Assembly: GCF_964355755.1 (NCBI RefSeq)
Contig: NC_092673.1
Span: 19,713,648-19,777,647, forward strand
Length of the DNA stretch: 64,000 nt
Direction: 5' to 3'
Source: Antedon mediterranea
Lineage: Eukaryota; Animalia; Echinodermata
The position numbers and the translations under genes were made by a program. Positions 26,674 through 40,899 of this stretch are shown piece after piece. The stretch's first letter is position 1. Each line of letters starts with the position of its first letter. Below the pieces are notes generated by a model. It was given only the letters and a program-made list of their open reading frames with translations. It had not been told where the DNA came from and made no database searches.

Positions 26674-29600
26674 ATGTATCCAAATTTCTTAACTCTGCTG
26701 ATATTTGTAAGGTAAGTGTAAAGTTTTACTACGTACGGTATATTGTCATTAAAAAATTATAACCAGCTGAGTAATAATGTTCATATTCATCCGAAAAGTT
26801 ATTATAGTGTAGGCCTAGCCTACCACTATTACGTGTTTTCACTTAGTTTTGGTTCCACGCAACGGAAAATAATGGAAATCCGAAAGCTGTATTCTATAGC
26901 AATATAGAATAACTACGTATACAGGGCAGGGAAAAATGAAGGGAAGAGTGAAATGTCACTCTTTCACTCTTCTCTGTTCTAACTTAGCCAGCTGCCCTAA
27001 GCCAGGCTGCCAAAACATAAACAAAGCTATTTTACCTCCAGCGTACCTCTGGTACCTGCATGGTGGATTAAAAATAATAGTAGTAGGAGTATGGTAATTG
27101 TATACGATAATCTGAAAGATATAACATAAATGTTATATTAAATTATCAATTTGTTTTAGTAGTTGCTTACAGATAGTTTATGCAATCGTAGGATCAGGAT
27201 GTGAGAGGCGTTTTGATGTAAATAACGGCGAGTTTGGAGTTGTTTACGAGTATTTTCAAGCGGGCAACAATGTATCTTGTTCATTCCAATTCCACGGACA
27301 AGAAGAACATCGCGTTATGTTAGCTATCAGCCATATTGGTCTGTTACCAACAAAATCCGATGAATGCAAACCAGAATTGATAATAACAGATGTATTACCG
27401 GATGGTAAAAAGGCAACTTCAACGGTGATATGCGATGAACATGATGCCAAGGATGGCTTTGTATCCTCAACAAACATGGCTACAGTTGACTTTAGGGGTC
27501 CATCTGCAGTAAATGGGATACTTCTTCTGCAGTATTGGTTTGTACAAGACGTTACATTAGTTTCTAAAGACGATGACACTTTAACAGGTAACAGATGAAT
27601 TTAATAATCTTCTTTATAATGTTAATTAATATAATAAAGCCTATCTCCTAATTTCCTAAAACAAATTGCCATGAACAATCATAATCATCAATCAATCAAT
27701 CAATCAATATCATTAATTAAATTCTAAAGAATTTTAAGAATTCTAAGAAACCATAAACGCAATAAAGCTTGGTTCCCATTGGACCAACGCAACGACGTTG
27801 GCATTAGTGCGTTGACCAATCACAAACAACAGTCCCTGTGATCCATAACATCGGGATTGGTACAAAATTGCAAACGTCTATTGTTGTTGTGTCAAATGGT
27901 ACAAGCTTACTTTATTTTATTTTTTTTTATCTTATAGGTAGCACTACAGTATCTCCAATGATTGGAATGCCTAACCTGACAAAATCGGAAGGGTAATTAA
28001 CCTTTTGCTCATTACCACCATGGAGAAATAAGTTGACTAATTTATCCATGTTATCCATTTTACGAATGTAATATAACATATTCAAAGTCTAATTTAATTA
28101 ATCCTCTTCATTTTTCATGTTTTTATACATCTTTACATCTTTACAATACATATTTAAAAATCTCCCATCACAATATATATTATTTTGTGTTCATACATTA
28201 GGAAAATTGGTTGCTCTGGACGCAAGATGGACTTTTTAAAAGTTGGGATCGAGGCGCAATGTGATGCGAGTGATACATTCAGACCGTTGCAGTGTTCAAA
28301 ATGGGGTTCAGAAATCAACCTTTCTCGGTAGATTAACTTTATTGATTCTAATGGGGATAATGAGTAAAAGCCAATTTACGGAAGATCTTGATATATTCTT
28401 ACCTCAGTATTATTGCTCATCATTATTTTGAATTATCATTATAGGTGTATGTGTGTTGATGTGGTCACGGGCGAGGTAAACGGTCTAAAACCTCCTTACT
28501 GTTGTAAGTTACCAGTATTTGATAAACGCACGTGTCGAATACGTATATCATGTATTTTATATTACAATTTATGCATTTATTTTCAATCACATTCGACAGC
28601 GGGAAACCCGCCACTAATAGAATGGATTAAAAATATTTTCCTTATTAGGACTATAGCATGATTGTTCTATTCTACATTAATTCTACAAATTAACATGTTC
28701 TATAATGATTCTACACATTTTAAAACGTATATGACAATATTTATTTAACTAATTAGGATATTATTTATTTTTGACAGTGGTTTCATCTGAACAATTTGAA
28801 ACCAAGTAAGTTCTTTTAATGATTACCATTGCATTGAAATATAACAAAACCAGAATGCACGTTCTTGTTTGATCTTCCTGTGTTGTGTCAACGTCATCTA
28901 ACTTCTAAATCAATCATAAATGTAATCATACACAAGAAATAAAGCTTGGTTTCAATTCGACCAACGCAACGACGTAGGCATTACGCAAGTGAGTTGACCA
29001 ATCACAAACAACAGTTCGGATGATCCATCACATCGTGATTGGTCAAAAATTGCTAACATTTCCCGGAATATAACATGATCGTGAGCTCCGGATATCAAGG
29101 CTTTATCTGTGGCTGCGACACGATCAGTTCCACACCCCCTTAACCAGGGAAGAGTGAAATAAAAGTTACAAAATTACACTCTTCCCTGCCTTAACAGACA
29201 CCGTATACTGTTGGTATTTGTCGCAGCCAGACATAAGATACAAGGACTGTTACGATATTCCTATCTTGGCAAGACGAGATGTCCTGTTGTTAGATTGCCT
29301 TGTGGGAACCAAGCTTTATTAACATTCAAATACATCATATTTATAAATGTAATAATAATCAACAAAGGAACACTTAAAATATTGATCAATATAATACAAC
29401 ATGAAATATTATACATAATTGTTTTCAGGTGTTTACAAGAGCTTGCAAAATTCCGCCATACAGTGACTCTTATTAACGAGGCTTTTCTATTACCGCCATC
29501 TTGTGACACTTCTGGTAACTACGACAAGTTACAATGCACATTCGTTTATAAGTAAGTAATTATATTAGTAAATTATTTAGTAAATTATTCCTTTTAAAAT

Positions 29601-32600
29601 GAATAATTATTTTTACCGTACGGTGTTGTTTTGATAATTCTGACAATACTAAATACCATTTGGCCTAAATGAAAATGGCTAAAGAAAAATGTAATTCAAC
29701 AAATTTAACATTGCAGAGAAGACATTTGTAAATGTGTTGACCAAATTACTGGTGAAGTTACCGATCTCGCTCCACCTGCATGTGGTAAGTACAATTGTAA
29801 TATACATATACATTCCTTTTAACGGGACATCACTTTCAATTATATTTAACACAACAATTGAGGGACACATTTTGGGGTTCAGAAGGAGGATGTTGTAGCA
29901 TGTGTTCTAAATTTAATTTTTTTTCCAACAGAATCTCCATTGACCACTCCAAGACCGTTAACTACTGACCCTCTAACGGCCGTCAGTTTACCAGAACCAA
30001 AATGTTTCGTTTTCTTCTGCACTTTGGTTTGTGAATCTGGTTCGTATGCCATTGATGAAAACGGTTGTCAGATGTGTGCTTGTAACCAGACAATAACCGA
30101 ACAAACAGCTGAGACATGTCAGCAAGCAAGGACCCGCTCTATCGAAGAAAACCTTTATCAATTCAATCAAGAAGACCCATCTCCGCCATATTCGTGGATT
30201 CCAGAGTGTCAGTTGTATTTATATGAACGAAGACAGAGAAATCATTTGGCAGGGTAAGAAATTAAAATAGTAGGCCTAGTGAGCACCGGTACCATTAAAG
30301 ATATAGGCCAGAGATACGGTATACATATGTTTTTTACGTTCAAACGCTGTTACCATTGAAGATATAGGCTAGTATGGTCCGGTATGATAACAGGTTATTT
30401 AGGCCTACGCGCGTTCAAACGCTGTTACCAGAAGACTTTGTGACCAGTGAAATAACTATGTAAAATGATTCATGGTTCGAAACGAAGGCCATGGTAACAA
30501 TTTACTGGTACACCAAAAGGTCATTTTAAGCTGAAGGAAGCATCTTAATACTTTTCTATTACAGTTACTTCTGTGCAGATCAAGAAACTGGGAAACCAAG
30601 CGGAAAAGACTTTCCAACATGCGGTGAGTTAGTAAAAAAAAAAAAAACGTTGAAAAAAGTTTGTTTGCAGAAACTATAACATTATTATCATTATTCCGTG
30701 TTCATTGTTTGTTTTCAGATACCTACAAAGCTTGTGTTAATAATAGAATTATGGGATTTTCAAAAGCGCTTCGAAAATCCGGTTACAAGCAAACATCTAA
30801 AGAAATGAAAGGATTACTGTCTAAGCCTAACGACGCAAATAGTTTCCAGAATATTTGGAATTTGATGAGTGATGTAGAACGAGAAAACATTTTTAGCAAA
30901 AGTAGTATTTTTGTCCCAAGTTGTAACGCATATGGAGATTTCAACCCGTTACAATGTAATTACGCTACTGGAAATTGCTGGTGTGTCGATGTGTTTGGCG
31001 CTCAGATCGAAGATAGCAGACGATCGATTACTCAGCAGATGCCAGATTGTACTAAATTTGTCAGATGGTGTAAGTCTTGCATACATTTTTTCTCTTTTGT
31101 GAAATTCACTCACATTTTTTCATATTTTTATACTCATTTTGACTAAATACATTTTTTGCAATCAGTTTCAAATTATCTTTTTTTGTTTTTGCATATACAG
31201 TATAATTATGATGACCTATTTATTATCACTGTGCTCAAGTACAACCAAAATGGGTATGATAGCGCACAGTGCAAAACTAAATCCTATTTATTATCAAAGT
31301 GCTCAAGTACAATCAAAATGGGTTTGGTAGCGTACAGTGCAAAACTAAATCCTATTTATTATCAAAGTGCTCAAGTACAACCAAAATGGGTATAGTAGCG
31401 CACAATGCTAAACTAAATCCTATTTATTATCACTGTGCGCGAGTGGAACCAAAATGGGTATAGTAGCGCACAGTGCTAAAATGAATCCTATTTATTATCA
31501 CTGTGCGCGAGTGCAATTAAAATGGGTATGGTAGCGCACAGTGCTACATGCGCCAAAAATTAATTCTGAACCGCCCGGATGATGTTCTTAAATGAATTAT
31601 ATGATATACATATATTTCTTTTTATATATTAAGTTTTAGATTTGCGTACATTATTAAAGACATTGATTTGTTTATCTATATTAATTTTTGTTAATTTGTG
31701 TTTAACTTTTGCAGTGGCACAATTGTCTTGGTCTGTTTCAAAAATCGTATCGTTACATTTATTTATTTTAATCATCTCGTTTTTAAATTCTTTAAAATTT
31801 GTTTTACAGCCAACCCAGTCCCGCTTTATCTAGAAGACATGTATGATTTTACTTTTCAAGTGAATGATAGTTGGGGTATTCACGCAACATTCGACAATTT
31901 TAACGAATCATCCAAATTTGACTTTTATAACTTCTGGACTAAAGATGGCGTACCTGTACCGTTGATGAATGAGGAAAAATACTCACTTGACACTTGGTAT
32001 GATGAGCAGAAATTTACAAGTGGTCTCAGTGTTTACGATACAACCGAAATGGATGCTGGGTCCTACGTTTGCCATCTAGTCAAATTGTCTATAGGTTACG
32101 TTTATTCATCACCTTCAGCCACCGCCGAACGTGAGTGCCATTACTATTAAACTTAGACTTTTTTGTACATCATCGCCAGATTTATATATTTAAGTCATTT
32201 AAACCTTATGATATAGATCAACAACAACAACCGAGTCTGTAGGCCTAATTATAGCTAAACGAACTCTCAGGATAAAGTGAAATTTCACTTTTCCCTGGTA
32301 TAGCCTATAGGCCTACTCGACACCATCGTCGCATATTAAGTACAAACAAGGCTGAGCTATTATTGTTTTTTTTTTATCATGTATATAAATATATTGTATA
32401 ATCCGGGTTGTAAAATGAAAACAAACAAATGAAAATGTGTGAACTATTTTAAAACGGGATAGATGATAATGATGATCCTGTCAAGTGTATAACAAAATAT
32501 AAGAAAATTAATGAAAAAAGGAGTAATACAGAATTCATATATGTAAAAATGTTACTTATGAACTGTAACGACATTTACAAGTTAAATAATACGATTTTAT

Positions 32601-35600
32601 GTAATATGAGATAACATGAATGTGAATAAAAGTGGTGTTTGTGCCACAAAAGAGAGAAAAAAAAAGTACAAACAAGGCTTTATATTTTCCTTATTAGATT
32701 ATATAAAGGGTGCATACCAGGCTTAAATCCAATGTAGACAAACCATATTTACTTATTTCTTTACTTAATACTTAATACGGTACATCTTCTGTTTTAAAGT
32801 TTTTGATGACTACAAATACGACTACGACTCCTATAACTACGGCGACGAGTGTGATGCGCCGGACGCTTGTAACAAGGTATGCGCATTTGGATATTCATAC
32901 AAAAGGTCGTGTGCATTATGCAAATGCAACGAGAGAAAAGGTACGACACGAATTTCTATTTATTTATTCAACTTCTCACGAAGATGTAAATTAGTAAAGG
33001 ATGCCACCAACAGGTGGTAAATACTTCTAAACGTTCCAATGGCATTTGCACAGTGGATGTGTGTGACAGTAGCTGTGTGTGTGTGTGTGTGTGGACTACT
33101 GTAGTACACCGGTATAACCCAAACTCGTTTCGAAGTAGTACTAGGTTCTTTAAGGTGCACATGAGCCAGATGTGTACACTGGACCTACTACGGTTTATAG
33201 TCCTTATCCTTATGGTTTTCACAAGCGCCTTGCACTTTAGTGGATATGTGCGCTGTATAAATCTTATTATTATCCGAGAAGACTCGTTCTACCACCAGAA
33301 CCATAGAGCGAGTGACCCTTCCGAAACACAAACATTAGTAATTGCGCCGAAAACTGAGGCCTTTTTGCAGAAATTAATGTAATTTCTTTTAAATCTTTTA
33401 TAGATATAATACATTTCAAGATTTTGGAAGAAATTAAATTTGTGATTGCTACTTCTTTTGGAACAAATGACGGAAGGTATAGGCTCTACTTACTATCTAT
33501 ACTACTATATTATTCTGTTTTAAGTCTTCAGCTCTGTCTACGCTATCAAATTTATGTGACAACAAAATGTGATGTGCTCATGATGTCATATCACTACCAT
33601 ATTTGGGCACATTACATTGGGTTTTTTTTCAAACTAGTTTGATAGTGTAGACAGATCTTTAGATTTCAGTGGTGGATCTAGTATGAGTTGCCACAACTAC
33701 TCGTTTGAAAGAAATATACCAATATCAGTTTCCAATACATTATCATCATTCATACACTAATACATTTTGCATGGTGGTTTTATAAGTAAAACCCTCACAA
33801 GTCCCTTTAAAAATTTAATCAATTATTATCATATTGAGAATAACTATTTTGAAGTAAGGAATCTAACAATAGTTGTTAGATTTACCTTGTTCAAAATAGG
33901 CAACAAAACAGCGAACGTCAGGGAACGAATTTAATTGCTCAGATGTTTGACCTACTCTGTATGTACATTTCGCAAGTAGGCCTATTCAGCATAACGTACC
34001 ATTACGTCATAGTATAGTAAAAACATCTGATACTTACATTTTGAATTATTGGACAATTTGATGTATTTATACCTTCGTTGTAGGTGTGAGGCAAAACGAC
34101 AATGGATCATAAAAAATATAAAAGAAACTAACTTAGAAGAATATACAAGATTAACGCATTTTGATATTCCTCCTTCGTGTGACGTCAACGGAAATTTTGC
34201 AAAAGTACAGCATATAGTGGAAACCGGGTAAGTACGTACATTCCATAAACAACAACACAGATACTTAAATTATTAATATTAAAGTTTACGATAACGATAC
34301 AATTTTATTGTAATTATCTTCATATAAAACAAGTTTAAATCAAAGTTTGGTGGAAAAGAGCAAGTTAAAGAAAAACACATTATTACAATAAAGATCTGTC
34401 TGTGCGAACTTTAGGTAGTGCGTGGTTTCTTAGCCGTCTTAAATTGTGTTTGTGAACTTTTCTTTAGAGAGGAGATGATGAAGTCTGTGATTTTCATTCT
34501 TTAAGTTAGAAAAAATATTGTTCGCTTAGTCTTAAGATTCTGTCGTTTTTGTTGTTAAATTTAATAACTGCAAAACATGAAGTTTAGAAGATATAGTTTA
34601 AGGGTAGAAAATAATTCGGGAAACATTATGTAAATGTTCATAACTTTTAATCGCAGGCCAGCCTGTGTTGACGTCATGACAGGTCAACCAAACGGAAGAA
34701 CGCTACCCGACTGCAGTAAGCAATTCAAATTTTTAAAAATTTAAATTCATAAAGTTTAGGAACACCGGAATATAGGAAACTTTGTTTTCAGTTCAAAGTT
34801 TCGGAAGCAGCAATTCACCAAATTGTCATCAAACCGAGTGACCTGTAGGTTGAAGGTTAACGTGCTCGCCTTCCAATCCCAAAGTCCAGGGTTCGATCCT
34901 GACTAGTGCCATTGGGTTGTAATAACTCAGAACTTTCACTTATTTCACATCTTAAGCCTCAACTGAGATAAATTATTAAAAATAGTTTATCCATCCTCTA
35001 ATTGGCGAGTTTATGAATGATGCGTATGAAAAAAAATAAATAAATGGGAGTAGGTCCAATTTTGTTTTACAATACTAACATGTAGGTTTATGTACAATTA
35101 ATAATGTACGATTGCTTCAACAATTTAACTATGATATGTTTGTATTTCAAGTCAACATACGTTATTTAATTATTACGTTACTCATTATTATATTAATTTA
35201 GGAGAATTGAGTCAATGCTCCAAAGACAACATACTCGGAATGGAGACGTATCTTAATGCCTTTCTAAAAAACGAATCAGTTACTGATGATATCATTGCGA
35301 ATGTAGCTAAATCGACGAGTTTGAGGGAGAAAAACATAATATACTATAATTCGTATCTTGACTTTGATGCACCCACCTACGTAATGAAAAATGAAACTTC
35401 AGCAGACCTTCTACCCGTCATGATTTGTAACCAGCAAACGGGACGGTTTTTTGGAAATCATATGTGTAGCGATGAGGAGCCTTGGAATTGTTTGTGTGTC
35501 GATGTGTACGGAAACAGGAAAGAACGTTCTCTTGTTGGAACCAATCAAACAGAATATTACTGTGGAGAATTAATGCCAGGTAAGTATCAAATAGACCTAC

Positions 35601-36158
35601 GGTATAATTGTACCACGTTTGTGAACACATTGCTAGGGTCCCAGGAGTCCAACTACAGGCTTCCACCTCCCCCAACCAAAAAGAGCGTAGAGATTGGCCG
35701 TGTTTAACGAACCCTTTAGCATAAACTTTTGTAGTTTTTGGGGAGGTAGAAAAGGAGTGCTTCAGCAGAAATTCATAATTATGTGTGCTAAATAATCACT
35801 TTTAAATTATTCCTTTATAGATGACGACGCCACCAAAGTTTCACTGAAAACGGCAAACGACACATACCGGTATCTATCCGTCCACATGGATACGACAGTA
35901 ACGCTTCTTTGTGCAACAGAAACAACAGTCGACGGCAACAACATCTATGGTGTGTGGAGAACGCCAAACGGATACCTGCAACAAGTTAAGATTGTTGATA
36001 ACCGTATACAAATGATAGGAGACGGAATCAATGATTTTACGTTGCAAATTACGAATATCAATAATAGCGATGAAGGATCTTATTATTGTGAAGTTTACAA
36101 TACCATTTCTGGTAGAATGCAAAGTGCTAATTATTACATCACGGTTTATTTGGGCTAA
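26674..36158 (+). CDS. Secreted mosaic protein SP-CUB-TY-TY-[antistasin-TY-TY-Ig]x2; exons 26674-26711, 27160-27587, 27938-27992, 28202-28327, 28445-28503, 28778-28805, 29429-29551, 29717-29784, 29932-30253, 30565-30623, 30719-31069, 31810-32130, 32800-32940, 33404-33476, 34084-34227, 34657-34715, 35202-35579, 35821-36158
   Basis: Signal peptide MYPNFLTLLIFVSSCLQIVYA; CUB-like exon (C..NGEF..SCSFQFHG..VIC..FVSSTN); six thyroglobulin type-1 repeats (e.g. PSCNAYGDFNPLQC..CWCVD); antistasin-like CTLVCESG.YAIDENGCQMCAC; Ig strands DAGSYVC and DEGSYYC; 18 exons join in frame. Confidence 0.85.
28941..29316. mobile_element. MITE (aagcttggtt...aaccaagctt termini) with an internal second repeat
   Basis: Termini related to copies at ~1540-1650 and 27765-27908; the internal segment 29080-29300 recurs at 53830-54025. 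Confidence 0.55.
31215..31546. repeat. Minisatellite, 68-bp unit x ~5
   Basis: cctatttattatca.. recurs at 31215, 31283, 31351, 31419, 31487. Confidence 0.9.
33530..33657. mobile_element. Harbinger-like MITE (TIR gctctgtctacactatcaaac), one of at least 5 copies
   Basis: Same TIR pair at 38890-39059, 42129-42521, 52616-52782 and 55389-55547; variable numbers of internal atatcactaccatatttggg repeats; TWA-like flanks. Confidence 0.7.
34845..34990 (+). mobile_element. Second tRNA-derived SINE family
   Basis: B box GGTTCGATCC and shared 3' part taagcctcaa; reverse-oriented copies at ~50330-50455 and ~51455-51580. Confidence 0.6.
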
Positions 36159-36574
36159 ACAAGGCACCCTTGGTCATCGGGCGTCGGCTCATAAAAATGT
36201 TACGTAATTGTAATCGTGATTAGTGTAACTAAACTTTGGAAGTCTGGGCGTCCGGGCCTAGAGGCCTACTAGGCCTATGAAGGGCAGCTATTTTGTGATA
36301 GGAAAAATGTCCTTCTAAACTTAATTAGCGCCAACGTGAAAATATTTATAACCAACGTCCACATCTAACCCATACGCCTAACAGAAATCAAAATCAAGTA
36401 ACATTTAACAAATTGTAATCAATTATTTTTAACAATTGAAATATACCATATTTCATTTCAATTATAATTCATATATTTGTACTAAAACATTCTTAATGTA
36501 AAAGATTCTAATTATTTTAACACTGTGTAAATGTACTCATATTATTTCCATTTTAATTGGCAAAATAAATTGTT

Positions 36575-37820
36575 TCTTTTTTTTTGTTTCGTAATATTTA
36601 TTCAACCAAAAAACATATTATTCAACATAAATATTAAACATTTTAAGATAACATTTCTACTTTTTTTTTTTTTTGGCTGGGATCTGATTTAGAAGTATTA
36701 AACTTGTCTCAATCAGACCCCTAACAAAACAAATATTAGAAATAGTTTAAATAAGGAAAAAGGTATACGTCTTATTTAGACTTCAAATTATATAAGTAAT
36801 TATGAGAATAAATACAGTATATGTAAATGACAGTTATATTTTTACTCATGGTAATTAGACAAATAAAAATACTTTATACATTTCTTAAAAATTATTAAAG
36901 TTTTACAGTCAGTAAGTTCATCATCTAAATCATTCCACAGAGTTGGTCCTGAGAAGGTTATACAATATTTAGATTTGGTTAATCTAACAAGTGGTACAAG
37001 TATCTTACGTGGATTTCTAAAATTATATTTGTTTATAACAGTAGATTTAAGAATTCAAGAATAGGTCTAGGTAGTGAGCCCTTTATGAATTTAAACATAA
37101 AAATAGAGATTTGAATGTTATGGATATCAGTAATTTTAAGAATATTTGATTTCTTAAACAATGGTTCAGAATGAGAATTAAATGGAGCTAAATGCATAAT
37201 TCTAATTACACGTTTTTGCAACTTTAATAGTTTATCAAGATGAGATTGGTAGTCAGCTGCCCAAATAAGGTTACAGTATTGTAAATGGGGGAGTACAAGT
37301 GTGTTATAAAGTTGTATTAAAATATTGTACGGGAAAAAATGTTTAAGCTTATTTATTACACCCAATACTCTTGGAAATCTTATTTGCTATATAATGTTGC
37401 CTGTCCAGTTTAGATGTTCATTTATCAAAACACCCAGGAATAATTCTTCACTTTTTCGAGTGATTTTAACACCATTTAGTAAAATATTATGATTGTTATT
37501 GAATTTTATTCTTTTTTGATGAGAATGAAAGACAATACAATTTGTTTTTGTTAAGTTAATCAGCAATTTGTTTGCAATAAACCAGGTGCTAATTTTTTGT
37601 AATTCATTATTAAATACATTAAATAAGGTATCTATATTATCATGTTGGAAAAAAAACTCATCTGCAAATGAGATTACTTGAGATAGGTCATTTACGTAAA
37701 TTAAAAATAACAAGGGGCCCAAAACAGAACCCTGTGGCACTCCACATGTAACCTGACTTGCAGATGACTTACAATTATTGCTTTGTACAAATTGTTTGCG
37801 GTCATTAAGATAATTCCCGA
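36575..37820 (-). mobile_element. 5'-truncated CR1/L2-type LINE (RT C-terminus and 3' UTR), frameshifted
   Basis: VPQGSVLGPLLFLIYVNDL, degenerate FADE, ANKLLINLTKT, FLGVLINEHLNW, LYNTLVLPHLQYCNLIW, LQKRVIRI; A-rich tail near 36575. Confidence 0.9.
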
Positions 37821-38148
37821 ATCTGAATCTGAATCTTATTTGTTGGACTTTTCTTAAGAACTGTGTCTCTATTATGAAAGAGAAACATTAAAGTCATTGT
37901 CAATATTAGTATAGACATAATTAGAAGTAAAAACGTTATTTTAAATTTTCAAAAAAAGGAATTTTGATAATGTAATTACGAACAATTTTTATTTTTATTT
38001 CACCAATATTTGCATTGGTAAAAAATTAAACGGCATACCTGGTAAATATTATACCATAAATTTTAATCTAATTAAATAAATTAACGATAGCGCCCTCTAT
38101 ATATGAACGCTTGCAAAAACTTCGTCGTGGAAAATAAATACACATAAA

Positions 38149-39730
38149 ATGGATACAAGATTACCACTCAAAATTCAAGAAAATATAAATGATTTGGGAT
38201 CACTCGCAAGGCATATAGCAAAATCTTCGAAAAGTAGTGAGGTAATTATGTTATTTATAAATGGCAATAACTATTTTTTATTTTCTTTAGCAATGTTTTA
38301 TCTAGGCCTAGGCTACCTAGCCCAAGAAAGGATATCTCACTACGTAAAAAGCTCACTTTTCATGCTGATACTGGTTTACCAGGTCGATTCGCCCGGTAGA
38401 TATATACGCCCCTGTCTGAAGGGCGTGACGCGTATTAATATAATACAGTTTATAATATGAATGTTTAGTACTACCACTCCACTGTGTTGTGTAATAATAT
38501 TACAAGCGCAATTAAATGATTAATATTGAATATTAGGCTACATACTGACTGAATATTTATATTATTATATTCACTTCTCTCTTTTTTTTAAATTTAGCAT
38601 ATTCTTCAGTCAGCTAGAATCTTTGCCGCACAAGAGCAAACAATCTTGAATTCTGAAAAGGTGAGAAATCAACTGTCATTCAATATTGATGAGTAAAATT
38701 AAATATTCTGAAACATTAATAACTAGCCTAGGCCTAGCCTAGAATATTCACAAGAATTCACATTTATTAATATTTTTGATTTCCACATTCAAAATCTAGA
38801 ATTTAGAAAAAATCCAGATACAAGTATCTCACTTGGAATTTCAGTAAGTTTTAAATATTCTGAACTACTTTTTACCTACCCAATATAATGCTCTGTCTAC
38901 ACTATCAAACTTTATGTGACAAAATGTGATGTGCCCATATATATGGACACGATGATGTCATATCATTACCATATTTAGGCATATCACTACCATATTTGGG
39001 TACTGTACATCACACTTGTTTTGTCAGACTAGTTTGATAATTATAGTGTAGACAGAGCTTAATACACTTCTTGCTACACTTCTTTGTACCATTTCGTTTG
39101 CTGTTTGTGTACGTGTAGGCAAGTCTCATCCATCATTTATCCATTTTAAACTTATCCTTTCTGGTTATGCTTTCAGAGAAGAAGCTATAGAAAGAAGGTT
39201 AGTATTCAGAGTTATCTTTGTTTTACATACCCTGATTTTACATGGATTTTACATACGCATATAATGACCGATGACGTCATCATTTTTAGTAATTTAATAC
39301 ATAAATTTTCTTACATTGAGGGTGCAATTTAACAACAACAACGAACCATCACAAAGCCATGGCTGATTTGAGACAAGCCACACACATCGCACAGCCTGCA
39401 TATACTTTTCTAGTAGGCTAGGCCTAGCTAATGACTGCTGCATGTTGTAAGTAAAGTAGGCAAACACGGCAGCCTTTTTAGCTACATTCTACGTATTTGG
39501 GGGTCAATTAAAGGTCAACCTAGATTTTACGAATCCCATTTTTTACATACCTGTACCTCTTACGGTCCCGTATGTAAAATGAATATTCTAATATACTGCA
39601 AGAACGAACTATTATTATTACTGTACTAACACACATTATTTTGTAATAAGTCTATATAACCACAATTTATGTTCTTAGCTTTGAAGTCTTCGATACTCTT
39701 CAAGATCAGCTTCAAACATTGCAAAGATGA
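38149..39730 (+). CDS. BORCS7: BLOC-1-related complex subunit 7 (90 aa); exons 38149-38241, 38598-38660, 38800-38843, 39177-39197, 39679-39730
   Basis: Spliced product MDTRLPLKIQENINDLGSLARHIAKSSKSSEHILQSARIFAAQEQTILNSEKNLEKIQIQVSHLEFQEEAIERSFEVFDTLQDQLQTLQR matches remembered BORCS7 motifs (SRSSE..AARN..QE..I..SE..L....HL.YQ.EAI..LQDQL); all phases fit. Confidence 0.85.
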
Positions 39731-40899
39731 TGCCAAAAGTAACCCACGTCATGTGTAGTTGTGAGGTCAAAAATGAGATGTGGCCATATATGGATGTGAT
39801 GATGTCATCATTACATTTTTTTTGTCAAACTAGCTTTGGAAAGAACAAGAATAACAAACTTATGAACGATCTACTATTGGTTTGAGCAATTCTATTTATA
39901 GCGATGTAAATAAAAAAATATATATACAGTACTGATCACAGAAAGATTATTCTGTAGAGATAGCTAAAAGTAATCTTGCATGAGAAATCATGGAACATAT
40001 GCAGTCAAAAATGAAACAAATTCCAACACTATAGTTTATTGCTTTGTATATAGAAATTATTGTAAATATTAAAGCACAAAAATAGGTATATTTCCGTATT
40101 CTGTGTCTGTGTTTATGGATGTCCACATGTATAAATGACAACAATAAAACACTCATTTATAACAAAAAGTATTTATTGAATAGAGTTTGTGAGCTAAATA
40201 TAAATCTTTGTTTACAATTTAAAAAAACACCAATAAACTAGTAAGGCCTATCATAAATTAAATTATTTAAACTTGTGGTTAATACAATGTTTACTCCTAT
40301 ATTATTATTAATGCCAAATAAAAATGCCTTTTAGCCGAAGCCCAATTTTTAGTACAGGTAAAAAAATGATATACGATCTCCATTTAATTTAGTCACTTAT
40401 TTACTGGTATACAGTAATATTAATTGATATTTGATGTATAAATATTACCTGGTATAAGAAAGGAGGTTTAGACAAAATAAATCAGCAACATTGTAAAAGA
40501 ATTTGGAATACAGTACAATCTAATTATTTGGATATTATAAATTTTATATCATATAATGTAACATTTCTTTAGCAATAAAAACATAGAACAAAATGTATAA
40601 CAATGAGGCAGGATTACCGTATTTATTCGAATAAATGCCCTGGATGTTTATTGTTCAGGAGTGTTTTTAGGGGGCCGTTTCGAGGGAAGCGTAAAAGAAA
40701 CCATAAAAAACGAGTTGTAAAAATAAATACATTACAGGATTCAATTATTTACTATATTGCATGATACTGTACTTTGAAAAAGACCAATTAAAAAATTAAT
40801 TCAATCCACATTCAGGATAATTGGTTAAAATGTGTCCACTTTATTCTTCTAAAGCCTCTCCAATAAAATAAAAGTTTAGAAAATGTTATAAACGAAAGT

